64,000 nucleotides of DNA from Actinomycetes bacterium (lineage in GTDB: Bacteria; Actinomycetota; Actinomycetes; JAHEKZ01). The stretch's first letter is position 1. Each line of letters starts with the position of its first letter. Both the position numbers and the translations under genes were made by a program. The stretch spans positions 5,176 to 69,175 of the forward strand of contig JBAPUB010000029.1 in NCBI GenBank assembly GCA_049282455.1, written 5' to 3'. The notes under the pieces are model-generated. The model did not search any database. It was not told where the DNA came from and worked only from the letters and a program-made list of their open reading frames with translations. Positions 1 through 13,130 of the stretch are shown here, piece after piece.

Positions 1-1
1 C

Positions 2-643
2 TACCTGAGGTTCCTGCTGCGCGGCTGCGCCCCGGGGATCGTCACAGCCGACCAGTTCGAGCAGCTGAGCGCGCAACACGTCCAGACCGACGACACCACC
101 TGGTACGGGTACGGGCTGGAGACCATCGAGGACCAGGGTGGTCCAACGCTGGGCCACAGCGGCGGGATGGTCGGCCTCTACGCCGATGTCCGGGTCGACC
201 GTGAGCGAGGCCTCGGCACCTGCCTGATGGTCAACGGCCACGGCAACGTCACCGCCGCCAACCGCTACCTGCTCGACCTGCTCCGCACTGCTGCGGGTGC
301 CGTGATGGAGCCCACCGAGCCCGACGCGTGGCCGGCTCCTCCCGTCGATGACCCAGCACCGGACTCGTTGCCGCAAGCCTGGACGGCGATGGTGGGTCTC
401 TATCGCTCCTACAACCCGTGGGCTCCGACCCTGCAGGTCGCCGGCCATGCCGGGGGGCTGCTGCTGGTCGACCCGGTGGACGGCACGGGCGAACGGCTCG
501 TACCCGTCGACGACACACGGTTCGCGCCCGGTCACGCCGGTTCCCCGGAGCTGGTCTCCTTCGACGTGCTGGTCGACGGCCGCTACCTGACGTTGGACGT
601 CTCCGGCGCGACCTACGCGCGGGTGCGTCGGCCCATCGGCTGA
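2..643 (+). CDS. Serine hydrolase / beta-lactamase-family protein, C-terminal fragment (5' end lies outside the window)
   Basis: Reading frame is open from position 2. Translation ...WYGYGLETIEDQGGPTLGHSGGMVGLYADVRV... resembles the C-terminal part of class-C beta-lactamase-like serine hydrolases. Confidence 0.5.
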   Translation, partial: YLRFLLRGCAPGIVTADQFEQLSAQHVQTDDTTWYGYGLETIEDQGGPTLGHSGGMVGLYADVRVDRERGLGTCLMVNGHGNVTAANRYLLDLLRTAAGAVMEPTEPDAWPAPPVDDPAPDSLPQAWTAMVGLYRSYNPWAPTLQVAGHAGGLLLVDPVDGTGERLVPVDDTRFAPGHAGSPELVSFDVLVDGRYLTLDVSGATYARVRRPIG

Positions 644-665
644 ACCGCCCGGTTGTTGTGCGCGC

Positions 666-1838
666 TCAGTCGACGGCGAACAAGGTGGCGTTGGCCTGGC
701 CGCCTCCCTCGCACATGGTCTGCAGGCCGTACCGGCCGCCTGTCTGCCGCAGGTGGTGCAGCAACGTCGTCGCCAGCCGAGCACCCGACGCACCGAGCGG
801 ATGCCCCAAGGCGATCGCCCCGCCCCGCGGGTTCAGCTTCGCCGGGTCGGCTCCGGTGTCGGCCAGCCAGGCCAGAGATACCGGCGCGAACGCTTCGTTC
901 ACCTCGTAGGCATCGACGTCGTCCAGCCGGATCCCTGACCGTTCCAGGAGCCGTTGGGTTGCGGGGATCGGACCGGTCAGCATGGCCACGGGGTCGGACC
1001 CCACGACCACCGTCGTGTGCACGCGGGCCAGTACCGGCCATCCACGATGGGCCGCCACCGTGGACGTCGTCATCAGCAACGCCGCGGCACCGTCGCTGAT
1101 CTGGCTCGACGACCCGGCCGTCACGACCCCGCCGTCACGAAACGGGGTCGGCAGCTGTGACAGTCGCTGCGCCGTGGTGTCCCGGCGAATGCCCTCGTCG
1201 GCAACGACCACGCGACCGTCGGACAGCGGGACCGGGACGATCTCGTCGGCGAAGGCGCCCGCGTCGGATGCCGCTGCCGCCTTGCGATGGGACTCCAGTG
1301 AGAAGGCATCCAGCTTCTCGCGGCCCAGACCCCACCGGGCTGCGATCAGCTCGGCGCCGACCCCCTGGTCGAACGTCGTCGTTCCAGCCGAAGCCAGCGC
1401 GTCGGCGTAGCGCGCCCGGACGGCCGTGCCGAACGGGTCGGACCCCGCGGCGGACGATCCGAGTGGCACGCGAGACATCGACTCGACGCCACCGGCGACG
1501 ACGAGGTCGTACTGGCCGCTGACCAGGCCCGCGGCCGCAAACGCCAGGGCCTGTTGGCTCGAGCCGCACTGCCGGTCGATGGTGACACCAGGGACCGACT
1601 CCGGCCAGCCGGCCGCCAGCACGGCGCTGCGCGAGATGTTGCTGGTCTGCTCTCCGGCCTGGGAGACACAGCCCCACAGCACGTCGTCAACCTGTGCGGG
1701 ATCCAAGCCGCACCGCTGGGCCAACGCGGTGAGCACCACGGCCGACAGGTCGACCGGATGCACGCCGGAGAGCACCCCGTTACGACGTCCGACCGGTGTC
1801 CGAAGCGCTGCCACCACGACCGCATCTCGCACGATCAC
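666..1838 (-). CDS. Acetyl-CoA C-acetyltransferase (thiolase)
   Basis: 390 aa. N-terminus VVVAALRTPVGRRNG and the conserved thiolase motifs (CGSSQQA active-site Cys region, C-terminal NEAFA...GHPLGASG...CEGGGQA) are present. Confidence 0.9.
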   Translation of the reverse strand: MIVRDAVVVAALRTPVGRRNGVLSGVHPVDLSAVVLTALAQRCGLDPAQVDDVLWGCVSQAGEQTSNISRSAVLAAGWPESVPGVTIDRQCGSSQQALAFAAAGLVSGQYDLVVAGGVESMSRVPLGSSAAGSDPFGTAVRARYADALASAGTTTFDQGVGAELIAARWGLGREKLDAFSLESHRKAAAASDAGAFADEIVPVPLSDGRVVVADEGIRRDTTAQRLSQLPTPFRDGGVVTAGSSSQISDGAAALLMTTSTVAAHRGWPVLARVHTTVVVGSDPVAMLTGPIPATQRLLERSGIRLDDVDAYEVNEAFAPVSLAWLADTGADPAKLNPRGGAIALGHPLGASGARLATTLLHHLRQTGGRYGLQTMCEGGGQANATLFAVD

Positions 1839-1845
1839 ACCTCCG

Positions 1846-2739
1846 CTACTGGATGAGCGAGCTGCACTTGCTGGTCAGCTGGGGCGCGTCGACGCACGAC
1901 TGGATCTCGTTCGTCCGCCACACGGTGAGTCCGACGCAGACCGCGACGATGGCCACGGTGGCAGCGACCGAGGCGGCCACGCGCTTGGCTTGAGGGGCGT
2001 AGACCATGACCGCGGTGAGGATGGTGCCGGCGATGAGCCCGCCGACATGCGCGCGCCAGTTGATCCCGGTGCCAGGAATGAAACCGATGACCAGGTTGAT
2101 CGCAATGATCGCAATGACGCCACGCACATCCATCCGGAGCCTCAGCGCGAGGACGAAGAACGCCCCGAAGAGGCCGAAGACCGCTCCCGACGCCCCCACC
2201 GAGGGCGAGAAGATGGGGTCGACGGCGTAGGAGAGCACCGAACCCGCAAGGGCGCTCACCAGATAGACCGTGAGGTAGCGGGAGCGACCCAGCCGAGGTT
2301 CGATCGCCCCTCCCACCAACCACAGCGCCATCATGTTGAACAGCAGGTGGGTCACGCTGACGTGCAGGAAGGCCGAGCTGATCAGCCGCCACCACTCCCC
2401 CGCAGCGACCGGAGCACCCATCAGCCAGAAGCGCTGGGTGAACGAGCCGCCCATGACCTGCTGGGCGAGGAAGAGAACCACATTGACGGCCAGCAGCACC
2501 TTGGTGACCAGCACCGGGTCGCCATGAACGCGACCACCGGCGACCGTGCGGCCGACCTTGGTCGTGCGCGCAGCCTGCTGAACGCACTCCGGGCACTGGA
2601 AGCCGACCGGCGCCTCGCGCATGCAGTCGGGGCAGATCGGGCGCTCGCACCGTGTGCAGCGGATGTAGGTCTCACGGTCCGGATGCCGGTAGCAGGTCGG
2701 CGGAACCTGCGTCGGCTGCGAGCCGGTCGAGTCACTCAC
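1846..2739 (-). CDS. Rhomboid-family intramembrane serine protease with N-terminal zinc-ribbon
   Basis: N-terminal CxxC...CxxC zinc ribbon (CTRCERPICPDC...CPEC), multi-TM core with GASGAVFG (catalytic Ser) and a downstream His in the last TM segment. Confidence 0.85.
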   Translation of the reverse strand: MSDSTGSQPTQVPPTCYRHPDRETYIRCTRCERPICPDCMREAPVGFQCPECVQQAARTTKVGRTVAGGRVHGDPVLVTKVLLAVNVVLFLAQQVMGGSFTQRFWLMGAPVAAGEWWRLISSAFLHVSVTHLLFNMMALWLVGGAIEPRLGRSRYLTVYLVSALAGSVLSYAVDPIFSPSVGASGAVFGLFGAFFVLALRLRMDVRGVIAIIAINLVIGFIPGTGINWRAHVGGLIAGTILTAVMVYAPQAKRVAASVAATVAIVAVCVGLTVWRTNEIQSCVDAPQLTSKCSSLIQ

Positions 2740-2757
2740 AAGGCCTCGACGGGTCGG

Positions 2758-3288
2758 TCACCCGGCCACACGTTCGATGGCGACGGTCTCGACCACCACG
2801 GGCGTCACGGGTCGGTCACCCGCGCCGGTCGGCGTCGCGACGATCGCATCGACGACGGCCCGACTCTCGGCGTCGGCCACGACCCCGAAGATCGTGTGCT
2901 TGAAGTTCAGCCACGGCGTGGGGGCCACCGTCACGAAGAACTGCGACCCGTTCGTGTTCGGCCCGGCATTGGCCATGGCCAGCAGGTAGGGCTCGGTGAA
3001 CTGGAGCTCAGGGTGGGCCTCGTCGGCGAAGGTGTAGCCCGGGCCTCCCGTGCCGGTTCCGAGGGGGTCCCCACCTTGGATCATGAAGCCCGGGATCACC
3101 CGGTGGAACTGGGTGCCGTCGTACAGCCGTGCGTTGGACTTCTGGCGGGTCCGCGGGTCGGTCCACTCGCGGGTTCCCTCGGCCAGCTCGACGAAGTTGG
3201 CCACGGTCTTCGGCGCGTGGTTGGGGTACAGCTCGAGTCGGATGTCGCCCTGGGTGGTCGTCAGGGTCGCGAACAGCTGCTCAGCCAC
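2758..3288 (-). CDS. ppiA: Peptidyl-prolyl cis-trans isomerase (cyclophilin type)
   Basis: 176 aa with cyclophilin signatures FHRVIPGFMIQGGDP and GSQFFVT. ppiA sits next to a rhomboid gene near the ori in actinobacteria. Confidence 0.9.
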   Translation of the reverse strand: MAEQLFATLTTTQGDIRLELYPNHAPKTVANFVELAEGTREWTDPRTRQKSNARLYDGTQFHRVIPGFMIQGGDPLGTGTGGPGYTFADEAHPELQFTEPYLLAMANAGPNTNGSQFFVTVAPTPWLNFKHTIFGVVADAESRAVVDAIVATPTGAGDRPVTPVVVETVAIERVAG

Positions 3289-3351
3289 GGTACCGGCCTT
3301 TCGGGAACGGGAACTCGACGGCCAGATCCTCGCACAGGCACCGGTGGAGGC

Positions 3352-4170
3352 TCACTGCAGCGCCTTCGCGAGAAAGCCGAAGGCGGTCAAGGTCTGGTCG
3401 TTCCAGAACACCCGAGTGTGCGCCCCCGGGGTGAACGACGTGACGGCCGGGTCCTGGGGCAGGCCGTCGACCAGTGACGTCACGGCGCCGTAGAAGGGGT
3501 CGTCCAGCCCGCACCACACCCCGAGTCTCGAGCTATCGAGCCGGTCCGCCGCGGCAAACACGGGGTCGCCCACCGTCACCGCCGGGCTGAACGCCGCCGT
3601 CGCCCTCGCCCAGTCGGGTGCCACCTCGGCCAGGCGCAGGGCCCCGTAACCACCCATCGACCAGCCCCACACGGCTCGACGCGACGCGTCAAAACCACGA
3701 TCGCTCAGCCACTGCGGGAGCTCGTGCATCACCATGCCGCGGGGGTTGTCGCCACCGGGCTGCGGCTCCCACTGCAGCAGGCCACCGTCGGCACCGGCCA
3801 GCGCGAACGGGGCAGCCCCACTCTCGACGGCAGCGGTCAGGAACCGGCCGAACCCGAACGCCTGGTAGTCGGGCGGCCGGGCACTGGCTCCGTGCAGGAT
3901 CACGACGACTGGAAGGCCCGCGCCGTCGCCGTAGCCGGCCGGCACCGCGGTGAAGAGCGAGACGTCCGTGCCGCGCTCGGCCGAGGCCACGACCTCGAGG
4001 GTCACTGTCCCCTCTTCGGCGTCGGGGACGTACGGGTCCGCACCCAGCCCGACGCGTTGCTTGAGTCGGTTAGGCACCTGAGGCCAGCCCCAGACACCCG
4101 CAGCGGCCGCAGCGGCCAACCCGGCACCCCCGAGCAGGACGGCCCGACGGGTCACGTTCTCGTTCGTCAT
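3352..4170 (-). CDS. Secreted esterase-family alpha/beta hydrolase (Tat signal)
   Basis: Twin-arginine signal (TRRAVLLGGAGLAAAAAAG). GWSMGG nucleophile elbow typical of the esterase D / mycolyltransferase-like putative esterase family. Confidence 0.7.
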   Translation of the reverse strand: MTNENVTRRAVLLGGAGLAAAAAAGVWGWPQVPNRLKQRVGLGADPYVPDAEEGTVTLEVVASAERGTDVSLFTAVPAGYGDGAGLPVVVILHGASARPPDYQAFGFGRFLTAAVESGAAPFALAGADGGLLQWEPQPGGDNPRGMVMHELPQWLSDRGFDASRRAVWGWSMGGYGALRLAEVAPDWARATAAFSPAVTVGDPVFAAADRLDSSRLGVWCGLDDPFYGAVTSLVDGLPQDPAVTSFTPGAHTRVFWNDQTLTAFGFLAKALQ

Positions 4171-4214
4171 GACCCCCCGATTCGCACGAGCCTGCGTTAA
4201 TCACGCACCGAGAG

Positions 4215-4287
4215 TGGAGACGAGGGGACTTGAACCCCTAACCCCCGCCTTGCAAAGGCGGTGCTCTGCCAGTTGAGCTACGTCCCC
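4215..4287 (-). tRNA. tRNA-Ala (anticodon TGC)
   Basis: The reverse complement folds as a cloverleaf: acceptor GGGGACG/CGTCTCC with the G3:U70 Ala identity pair, anticodon loop TTTGCAA, T-arm GGGGTTCAAGTCCCC. CCA is not encoded. Confidence 0.9.
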
Positions 4288-4293
4288 GAGCGG

Positions 4294-4458
4294 TCAGCGC
4301 AGGTCGACGACCGGCGCCCCGGACTCCGGCGATGTGGAGACCTCGTCGTCGAAGATCGCCTCGTTCCAGAGGTCCTGTTCGGCCTTGTCCTGCTGGACCT
4401 TGCGGTAGATGGCATAGCCGGCGGCAGCGGCTACCGCGAGGATGAGCACCTTCTTCAC
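4294..4458 (-). CDS. DLW-39-like small membrane protein (54 aa from GTG 4458; the ORF-track version extends to 4533 and overlaps tRNA-Ile)
   Basis: VKKVLILAVAAAAGYAIYRKVQQDKAEQDLWNEA...: a single TM helix followed by the DLW motif. It lies between tRNA-Ile and tRNA-Ala, as this small-protein family does in actinobacteria. A GAGGGAG SD-like sequence is about 9 nt upstream of the GTG. Confidence 0.5.
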   Translation of the reverse strand: MKKVLILAVAAAAGYAIYRKVQQDKAEQDLWNEAIFDDEVSTSPESGAPVVDLR

Positions 4459-4509
4459 GGGGAACTCCCTCAGGGATCGGTCGGTCGTGGTCTCGGCGGG
4501 TGCCGGGGG

Positions 4510-4584
4510 TGGGCCTAGGTGGACTTGAACCACCGACCTCTTCCTTATCAGGGAAGCGCTCTAACCGAGCTGAGCTATAGGCCC
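4510..4584 (-). tRNA. tRNA-Ile (anticodon GAT)
   Basis: Reverse complement is GGGCCTATAGCTCAGCTCGGTTAGAGCGCTTCCCTGATAAGGAAGAGGTCGGTGGTTCAAGTCCACCTAGGCCCA. Standard cloverleaf with anticodon loop CTGATAA. Confidence 0.9.
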
Positions 4585-4663
4585 GTGCGAAACCAAGCCT
4601 CGGAAGGCTACCCCACGTCCAAAACCGTGCCCAAACTCGCGGCATGCGTCGGACCTGGTCACC

Positions 4664-5428
4664 CTACGGCTCTTCGCTGACGGTGATCTCGACCCCGCCG
4701 ACCAGACTGGCTGCCAGGTTGTACAGGAAGGCACCGAGCGTGGCGAGGGCGGTCACCAGCACGATGTCGACGGCCGCGACGACCAGCGAGAACATGAAGA
4801 CACGGCTGAACCCGAAGATCTCGGTGATCGACACAGCACCCTGCCCCACGAGGTCGTCCACCGTGCTCGTGACCGAGCTGAACACCCCAGCCACCGCGAG
4901 CAGACCCCACAACAACATGATCGCCACCACAGAGATGACCGCCAGGGCCACCGACAGAGCGAAAGCCATTCGCATGACGGTCCAGGGGTCCAGGGTGCTC
5001 ACGGTCAGCCGAGCCCGGCGCGTGCGCTGGACGGGGACGCCGCCCCCGGACACCGTCACAGCACCACCGGGAAGGATCGTGGCCGGACGGGTCGGGCGTG
5101 AGGCGGCTCCCGCCGGCTGCGCTGGCGGAGCCGGGTGTACCGGAGGGGCTGGCTGAGGGGTCGTGGGTCTGGTTGTCGGTCTCGGCGCGGGCGTCGAAGG
5201 CGTCGTCGACCTGGACGTGCCCGAGCTCGGCGAGCCCTTGCCCGGTGCTTGCTTCCCCGATGGTGGGGGCCCCGATGGTGGGGGCCCCGATGGTGGGGGC
5301 CCCGATGGTGCAGGCTTGGACGCGGCGGGTTGGGGCGTGCTCGGCTTGGGCGTGGTGCGTTTTTGCGTGCTGGGCTTGGGGGTCGTGGGCTTGGGCGGGC
5401 GTCCGCCGCTCCCCGACGACGCCATCAC
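4664..5428 (-). CDS. DUF3566 (Rv0007-like) membrane protein with Pro-rich N-terminal region
   Basis: Pro/Ser/Thr-rich N-terminal half containing a PSGPP x3 coding tandem repeat (15-bp DNA repeat near 5270-5310), then a conserved C-terminal TM domain ([18 protein letters not shown]...). It lies immediately downstream of gyrA, as Rv0007 does. Confidence 0.75.
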   Translation of the reverse strand: MMASSGSGGRPPKPTTPKPSTQKRTTPKPSTPQPAASKPAPSGPPPSGPPPSGPPPSGKQAPGKGSPSSGTSRSTTPSTPAPRPTTRPTTPQPAPPVHPAPPAQPAGAASRPTRPATILPGGAVTVSGGGVPVQRTRRARLTVSTLDPWTVMRMAFALSVALAVISVVAIMLLWGLLAVAGVFSSVTSTVDDLVGQGAVSITEIFGFSRVFMFSLVVAAVDIVLVTALATLGAFLYNLAASLVGGVEITVSEEP

Positions 5429-8007
5429 TGCGCTCCGTCGGTCGGCGGTTGGGCCCCGGACCCGTCACCCGTTTCGGGGTCGGCGGCCTCGTCGGCACCC
5501 TCGAGGTCGTCAGCCTCGGCAGCGTCGTCGGCGTCGTCGGCGTCGTCGGCGCTCTCCGCGTTGCGAGTCACGGCCACGACGGCGTCTCCCTCGGCGACGG
5601 TCGTCAACGTCACACCCATGGTGTCTCGCCCGGTCGCCCGCACCTGGTCGACAGACGTGCGAATGACCTCACCACTGGCTTTGATCGCGAAGAGCTCGTC
5701 GGTCTCGTCGACGACCAGAGCGCCCACGAGTGACCCGCGCTCCTCGTTCTGCAGCCGCATGGCCTTGACACCCAGGATGCCTCGGCCCTTCGGCGTCCAC
5801 TCCTCGACGGCGGTCTTCTTCGCGAACCCCCCGTCGGTGACGGTCACCACGTAGGAGCCCGGGCGTACGACATCGGCAGCCAACAGCTCGTCGTTGGCGC
5901 GAAAACGCATGCCGATGACGCCTTGGGTCGAGCGTGCCATCGGACGCATCGTGTCGTCGTCGGCGTGGAACCGAGCCGACTGCCCCTTTCGGGACACCAG
6001 CAGAAGGTCGTCGCTCGCGTCGGTCAGCATGGCAGCGATCACCTCGTCGCCGTCACGCAGGTTGATCGCGATGACCCCACCACTTCGGGGCGAGTCGTAC
6101 TCGACCAGGCGTGTCTTCTTCACCATGCCCCGTCGCGTGGCCAGGACCAGGTAGGGGGACTGCTCGTAGTCACGCAGGTCGACCACCTGGGCGATCGACT
6201 CGTCGGGCTGGAGGGCCAACAGGTTCGCCACATGCTGTCCGCGGGCATCGCGTGCTGCCTCGGGCAGCTCGTAAGCCTTGAGCCGGTAGACCCGCCCTTG
6301 GTTGGTGAAGAACAGGATCCAGTGGTGTGTGGTGGTGGTGAACAGCCGCTCCACGATGTCGTCGAGCTTCAGCGCTGCGCCACGGACGCCCTTCCCCCCG
6401 CGGCGCTGGGCCCGGTACAGGTCGGACTTGGTCCGCTTGGCGTAGCCGTCGCGGGTGATGGTGACGACGATGTCCTCTTCGGCGATGAGGTCTTCCATGG
6501 ACATGTCACCGTCGGCGGCGATCAGCTGCGTGCGCCGCTCGTCGCCGAACTTCTCGACGAGCACGGCGAGCTCGTCGCTGACGATCGCGCGCTGCCGGTC
6601 CTGACTCGCGAGGATCGCCTGCAGCTCGGCGATCTGCTCCTCGATCGCGGCAAGGTCGTCGACGATCTTCTGCCGCTCGAGTGCAGCGAGACGGCGCAGC
6701 TGCATGTCGAGAATCGCCGTGGCCTGGACTTCGTCGATGTCGAGCAGCGCCATCAAGCCGCCCCGGGCCTCCTCCGCGCTCGGCGAGCTTCGGATCAAGG
6801 CGATCACGGCGTCGAGCTGGTCCAGAGCCTTCGCCAGCCCGCGCAGGATGTGGGCCCGTTCTTCGGCCTTGCGCAGCCGGTAGGCCGTGCGGCGCCGAAT
6901 CACCTCGATCTGGTGCGTGACGTAGTGGCGGACGAACTCGTCGAGGCGCAACGTTCGAGGGATTCCGTCGACCAGCGCCAGCATGTTGCAGCCGAAGGTG
7001 TCCTGCAGCTGAGTGTGCTTGTAGAGGTTGTTCAGGACCACCTTGGCGACGGCGTCGCGCTTCAGCACGATCACCAGTCGCTGGCCGAGCCGCTCGTTTC
7101 CCTCGTCACGAACGTCGGCAATGCCGGCGATCTTGCCGTCCTTGACCAGGTCGGCGATCTTCAGCGCCAGGTTGTCCGGGTTCACCTGGTACGGCAGCTC
7201 GGACACCACGACACAGGTGCGGTTGTTGATCTCCTCGACCTCGACCACGGCCCGCATCGTGATAGAGCCGCGGCCCGTCCGGTAGGCCTCCTCGATACCG
7301 GCCCTGCCGACGATCAGCCCGCGGGTAGGGAAGTCTGGCCCCTTGACCCGTTCGAGCAGCGCGGCGAGCAGCTCGTCCGATGACGCCTCGGGGTGCTCCA
7401 GCAGCCACTGAACGCCACTGGCCACCTCACGAAGGTTATGAGGCGGAATGTTGGTGGCCATGCCGACGGCGATGCCGGAGGCGCCGTTGACGAGCAGGTT
7501 CGGGTAGCGACTGGGCAGCACGTTGGGCTCTTGCGCGCGGCCGTCATAGTTCGGCGAGAAGTCGACGGTCTCCTCGTCGATGTCGCGCATCATCTCCATG
7601 GCCAGTGGCGCCAACCGCGCCTCGGTGTACCGCATGGCCGCGGCGGGGTCGTTGCCCGGCGAGCCGAAGTTGCCGTTGCCGTCGACCAGCGGGTAGCGCA
7701 GAGACCACGGCTGGGCCAGACGCACAAGGGCGTCGTAGATCGCCGAGTCACCGTGCGGGTGGTACTGCCCCATGACGTCGCCCACGACGCGAGAGCACTT
7801 GGAGTAGCCACGGTCGGGGCGGTAGCCGCCGTCGAACATCGCGTAGAGCACCCGCCGGTGCACCGGCTTGAGTCCGTCGCGAACGTCCGGGAGCGCGCGG
7901 CTCACGATGACACTCATCGCATAGTCGAGGTACGAGCGGCTCATCTCCGACTGCAGCTCGACCGGCTCGATGCGGCCGCCCTCGGGTGGGAGCGTGGTCT
8001 CGGTCAC
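5425..8007 (-). CDS. gyrA: DNA gyrase subunit A
   Basis: 860 aa. N-terminal [24 protein letters not shown], the active-site Tyr region, and an acidic C-terminal tail (DDADDADD...). There is no intein. Confidence 0.97.
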   Translation of the reverse strand: MTETTLPPEGGRIEPVELQSEMSRSYLDYAMSVIVSRALPDVRDGLKPVHRRVLYAMFDGGYRPDRGYSKCSRVVGDVMGQYHPHGDSAIYDALVRLAQPWSLRYPLVDGNGNFGSPGNDPAAAMRYTEARLAPLAMEMMRDIDEETVDFSPNYDGRAQEPNVLPSRYPNLLVNGASGIAVGMATNIPPHNLREVASGVQWLLEHPEASSDELLAALLERVKGPDFPTRGLIVGRAGIEEAYRTGRGSITMRAVVEVEEINNRTCVVVSELPYQVNPDNLALKIADLVKDGKIAGIADVRDEGNERLGQRLVIVLKRDAVAKVVLNNLYKHTQLQDTFGCNMLALVDGIPRTLRLDEFVRHYVTHQIEVIRRRTAYRLRKAEERAHILRGLAKALDQLDAVIALIRSSPSAEEARGGLMALLDIDEVQATAILDMQLRRLAALERQKIVDDLAAIEEQIAELQAILASQDRQRAIVSDELAVLVEKFGDERRTQLIAADGDMSMEDLIAEEDIVVTITRDGYAKRTKSDLYRAQRRGGKGVRGAALKLDDIVERLFTTTTHHWILFFTNQGRVYRLKAYELPEAARDARGQHVANLLALQPDESIAQVVDLRDYEQSPYLVLATRRGMVKKTRLVEYDSPRSGGVIAINLRDGDEVIAAMLTDASDDLLLVSRKGQSARFHADDDTMRPMARSTQGVIGMRFRANDELLAADVVRPGSYVVTVTDGGFAKKTAVEEWTPKGRGILGVKAMRLQNEERGSLVGALVVDETDELFAIKASGEVIRTSVDQVRATGRDTMGVTLTTVAEGDAVVAVTRNAESADDADDADDAAEADDLEGADEAADPETGDGSGAQPPTDGAQ

Positions 8008-8060
8008 GGGCTAGGCGTTCCTTCCGGGGTGGGCCGGCGGCGACGGTTGGGTCGGTCGCG

Positions 8061-10124
<2,064 letters not shown>

Positions 10125-10268
10125 TCATCCTACTGGTCGGAGGCGTCAGAACTGGCCTTCGGGGGCCCCTGGGGACGACGTGGTCGTTCGAACCCGTGTG
10201 CGCATGACTCCCCCTACGCGGGCTGGGGGTCTGGTGGGCTCTGAGCGCCGCAATCCGACTGGGACCAC

Positions 10269-10850
10269 TCAGCCGTAGGTGTCGCGCGGACCGCGTCCAG
10301 GCACCCTCAGGCGACCCTTGCGCCAGGAGGGTCCGTCCGGGCCGACCACGCTCACGACCCGTACCGTTCCGTCGCCGAGCACCTCGTTGAGCCGGCGGAC
10401 CACGGTGGCCGCCAGGAGTCGTACCTGGGTCGCCCAGGCGCTGGAGTCCGCCCGGACGGTGAGCACGCCCTCGTCGAAGCCCTCCGGCTGGCAGTGGGCC
10501 GCAAGCTCAGGTCCGACGATCTCGGCCCAGCGCCCCTCGACCCCGCCGACGGCGACCGGGACCTCCCAGCCGCGCTCGCCAACGAGTCGCTCGAGCGTCG
10601 AACCCACCGGCTGCGGGTCGCGCTCGTCGGGGAACGCCCCGCTGGCCGCGAGGTCCCCTTGACCGCGTCTGGAGCTGGACCGGGACCGCCGGCCCCCACT
10701 CGACGTCGGCCCTGCTCGGTGTCCCGGTGCCGAGCCCCGTTCGCGGGCGGTCGCCCGCGCCCGCGCCAACATCGCCCGGGCCAGGTCGACGCTGTCAGAC
10801 CGTGGGACGACGTCCGGGTCGGTGCCGCCGACCGCTTCGTCCTCAGGCAC
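10269..10850 (-). CDS. dciA: DUF721 / DciA-like protein (Rv0004 homologue)
   Basis: 193 aa, positioned between recF and gyrB as Rv0004 is. It overlaps the recF stop by 8 nt. The conserved C-terminal region ([54 protein letters not shown]) is typical of DUF721. Confidence 0.75.
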   Translation of the reverse strand: MPEDEAVGGTDPDVVPRSDSVDLARAMLARARATARERGSAPGHRAGPTSSGGRRSRSSSRRGQGDLAASGAFPDERDPQPVGSTLERLVGERGWEVPVAVGGVEGRWAEIVGPELAAHCQPEGFDEGVLTVRADSSAWATQVRLLAATVVRRLNEVLGDGTVRVVSVVGPDGPSWRKGRLRVPGRGPRDTYG

Positions 10851-11982
10851 GACTGACCTCGCCCCCGACCACGCTGAACTGCGCGCCGAGCAGCTGCTCC
10901 GGCACGTCGTCGACCACCGCGGCCGTCACCCAGACCTGCTCCGCGTCACCCACGAGCCCAGCCAACCGCGCTCTCCGGGTGGAGTCCAGTTCGGCGAACA
11001 CGTCATCCAGGACGAGGACCGGGTCGTCGCCCTGGGCGCGCAGCAGCTCGAAGGAGGCCAGCCGCAGGGCCAGCGCGTACGACCATGACTCGCCGTGCGA
11101 GGCGTAGCCCTTGGCTGGGAGCTGGCCCAACGTGAGCACGACATCGTCGCGGTGGGGGCCAACGAGGGTGACCCCTCGGTCCAGCTCCTCGGTCCGGGCA
11201 GCCTCCAGAGCCTGCGACATCGCGGCGTGCCAACCTGCCCGGTCCCCGGGCAGGTTGGCAGTATCGGCGTCCAGCCAACGGGTCACCGACGACTGGTACG
11301 TCACGGTCGCACGGTCGCTGGACCCACTCACGGACTCGTACGCCGATGCGACGAGCGGCTCGAGCTCGTCGAGCAGGTCCCGCCGAGCAGACAGCAGCTC
11401 GGCACCGGTGTCGGTGAGGTGGGTGTCCCATACCCCCAGAACACCGAGGTCCGGTCCAGCACCACGCCGGGCAAGCGACGCGCTGCGCAGCAAAGCGTTG
11501 CGCTGCTTGAGAACTCGGTCGTAGTCGGCACGCACGCCAGCAAGCCGAGGGGTTCGCAGCACCAGCAGGTCGTCGAGGAACCGACGGCGGCCGTCGGGGT
11601 CACCACGCACCAAGGACAGGTCCTCGGGTGCGAACAGAACGGTGCGCAAGATCCCGGTCAGCTCACGGGCCCGAGGCAACGGCGACTGGTTCACCCGTGC
11701 GCGGTTGCTGCGCCCAGGGTTGATCTCGACCTCGAGGGTGAGCCGTCGACCGTCGCGCTCGACGACCCCGCGGACCACGGCCTGCGCTGCCCCGTGCCGG
11801 ACCAGCGGGGCATCCGAGGCGACCCGGTGGCTGCTCAACGTGGCCAGGTAGCCCATCGCTTCGACCAGGTTCGTCTTGCCCTCACCGTTGCGACCGATGA
11901 ACGTCGTGACGCCAACGTCGGTCTGCACCACGACGTGCGGGTAGGAGCGGTAGTCCACGAGCTCGAGGGAGATGACCCGCAC
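10843..11982 (-). CDS. recF: DNA replication and repair protein RecF
   Basis: 379 aa. Walker [14 protein letters not shown], an SMC-like signature and C-terminal [11 protein letters not shown]. Confidence 0.95.
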   Translation of the reverse strand: MRVISLELVDYRSYPHVVVQTDVGVTTFIGRNGEGKTNLVEAMGYLATLSSHRVASDAPLVRHGAAQAVVRGVVERDGRRLTLEVEINPGRSNRARVNQSPLPRARELTGILRTVLFAPEDLSLVRGDPDGRRRFLDDLLVLRTPRLAGVRADYDRVLKQRNALLRSASLARRGAGPDLGVLGVWDTHLTDTGAELLSARRDLLDELEPLVASAYESVSGSSDRATVTYQSSVTRWLDADTANLPGDRAGWHAAMSQALEAARTEELDRGVTLVGPHRDDVVLTLGQLPAKGYASHGESWSYALALRLASFELLRAQGDDPVLVLDDVFAELDSTRRARLAGLVGDAEQVWVTAAVVDDVPEQLLGAQFSVVGGEVSRA

Positions 11983-11993
11983 GGTGTCGCGAC

Positions 11994-13130
11994 TCAGCCT
12001 GAAAGTCGCACCGGCATCAGCAGGTAGCGGTAGCTGGCTGCGGCCGAGGAGTCGCCGCCGGCGGTGAGAACGGCAGGCTTGGTCGACGTCGTGAAGGACA
12101 GCTGCGCGGTCGACGCGTTGATGGCCCCGAGACCGTCGAGCAGGAACTGCGGGTTGAACGCAATCGTCAACGGCTCACCCTCGAACGACGCGGACATCGC
12201 CTCGGTGGCTTGGGCCTCGTCGCCCGTCCCTGCTTCGAGCACCAGCTCGTCGCCACCGAAGGACAACCGCACGGGTGTGTTTCGCTCCGCCACCAGGGCC
12301 ACACGCTTGACCGCCTCGATGAACGCGGCGGTCTCCAGTGAAGCCACCGCAGCGGAGTCGCTCGGAAGCAGGGCACGGTACTTCGGGAACTCACCGTCGA
12401 GCAGCCGTGTGGTGGTTCGCTTGCGTCCATCGGACCCGGATCCTTCGAACCCGATCAGGCCGTCACCGGAACCTCCGGCAGCCAACGCGATCGTCACGCT
12501 GTCGGCGTCGCCGAGGGATCGCGCGGTCTCGGCCAGGGACCGCGCCTGGACCAAAGCGACTGCGCTGGTGTCGGTGGTCTGAGGCGACCAGGCCAGCTCA
12601 CGCACGGCCAACCGGTAGCGGTCGGTGGCTGCCAGGGTGAGGAGGTCGCCCTCGAACTCCATCCGGACGCCGGTCAGCACGGGCAGGGTGTCGTCACGGC
12701 CAGCGGCGATGGCGACCGTGGAGACCGCGGTCGCGAAGTCGGCCCCAGCCAGGGTGCCCGCGGCCGCGGGAAGGTCGGGCAGGGTCGGGTAGTCCTCGAC
12801 CGGCAGGGTCAGCAGGGCAAACCGTGACGAGCCGCAGGTGAGCACCACCTTGGCGTCGTCGACGACGACCTCGACCGGACGCGCCGGGAGGCTGCGGACG
12901 ATCTCGGCGAGCAGCCGGCCGGAGACCAGCGCACGCCCGGGATCACTCACCTCGACGTCGACCTCGACCCGAGCGCTGACCTCGTAGTCGAAGCTGCTCA
13001 AGACCAAGCCGGAGTCGTTGGCCTCGACCAGCAGGCCGGCCAGGACCGGAAGCGGTGGCCGGGTGGGCAGACTCCGCGCGGCCCAGCCGACAGCGTCAGC
13101 CAGGACATCGCGTTCGACGCGGAACTTCAC
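11994..13130 (-). CDS. dnaN: DNA polymerase III beta sliding clamp
   Basis: 378 aa. [14 protein letters not shown]... with a three-domain beta-clamp pattern and C-terminal RYLLMPVRL. Confidence 0.95.
   Translation of the reverse strand: MKFRVERDVLADAVGWAARSLPTRPPLPVLAGLLVEANDSGLVLSSFDYEVSARVEVDVEVSDPGRALVSGRLLAEIVRSLPARPVEVVVDDAKVVLTCGSSRFALLTLPVEDYPTLPDLPAAAGTLAGADFATAVSTVAIAAGRDDTLPVLTGVRMEFEGDLLTLAATDRYRLAVRELAWSPQTTDTSAVALVQARSLAETARSLGDADSVTIALAAGGSGDGLIGFEGSGSDGRKRTTTRLLDGEFPKYRALLPSDSAAVASLETAAFIEAVKRVALVAERNTPVRLSFGGDELVLEAGTGDEAQATEAMSASFEGEPLTIAFNPQFLLDGLGAINASTAQLSFTTSTKPAVLTAGGDSSAAASYRYLLMPVRLSG

Noticed and set aside
1426-3477. 683-aa + strand ORF, plus many other long ORFs antisense to the annotated genes (for example 5923-7383, 7986-10244, 13538-14764, 16254-17594, 16483-17763, 17201-18550, 19070-19981, 31336-32763, 34333-35907, 34922-36046, 51785-53200, 51853-53466, 58743-60059, 61306-62841)
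   Set aside because: Arg-, Pro- and Gly-rich low-complexity translations with no recognisable motifs, lying opposite or out of frame to strongly supported genes. Such ORFs are a typical artefact of about 70% GC DNA, where stop codons are rare.
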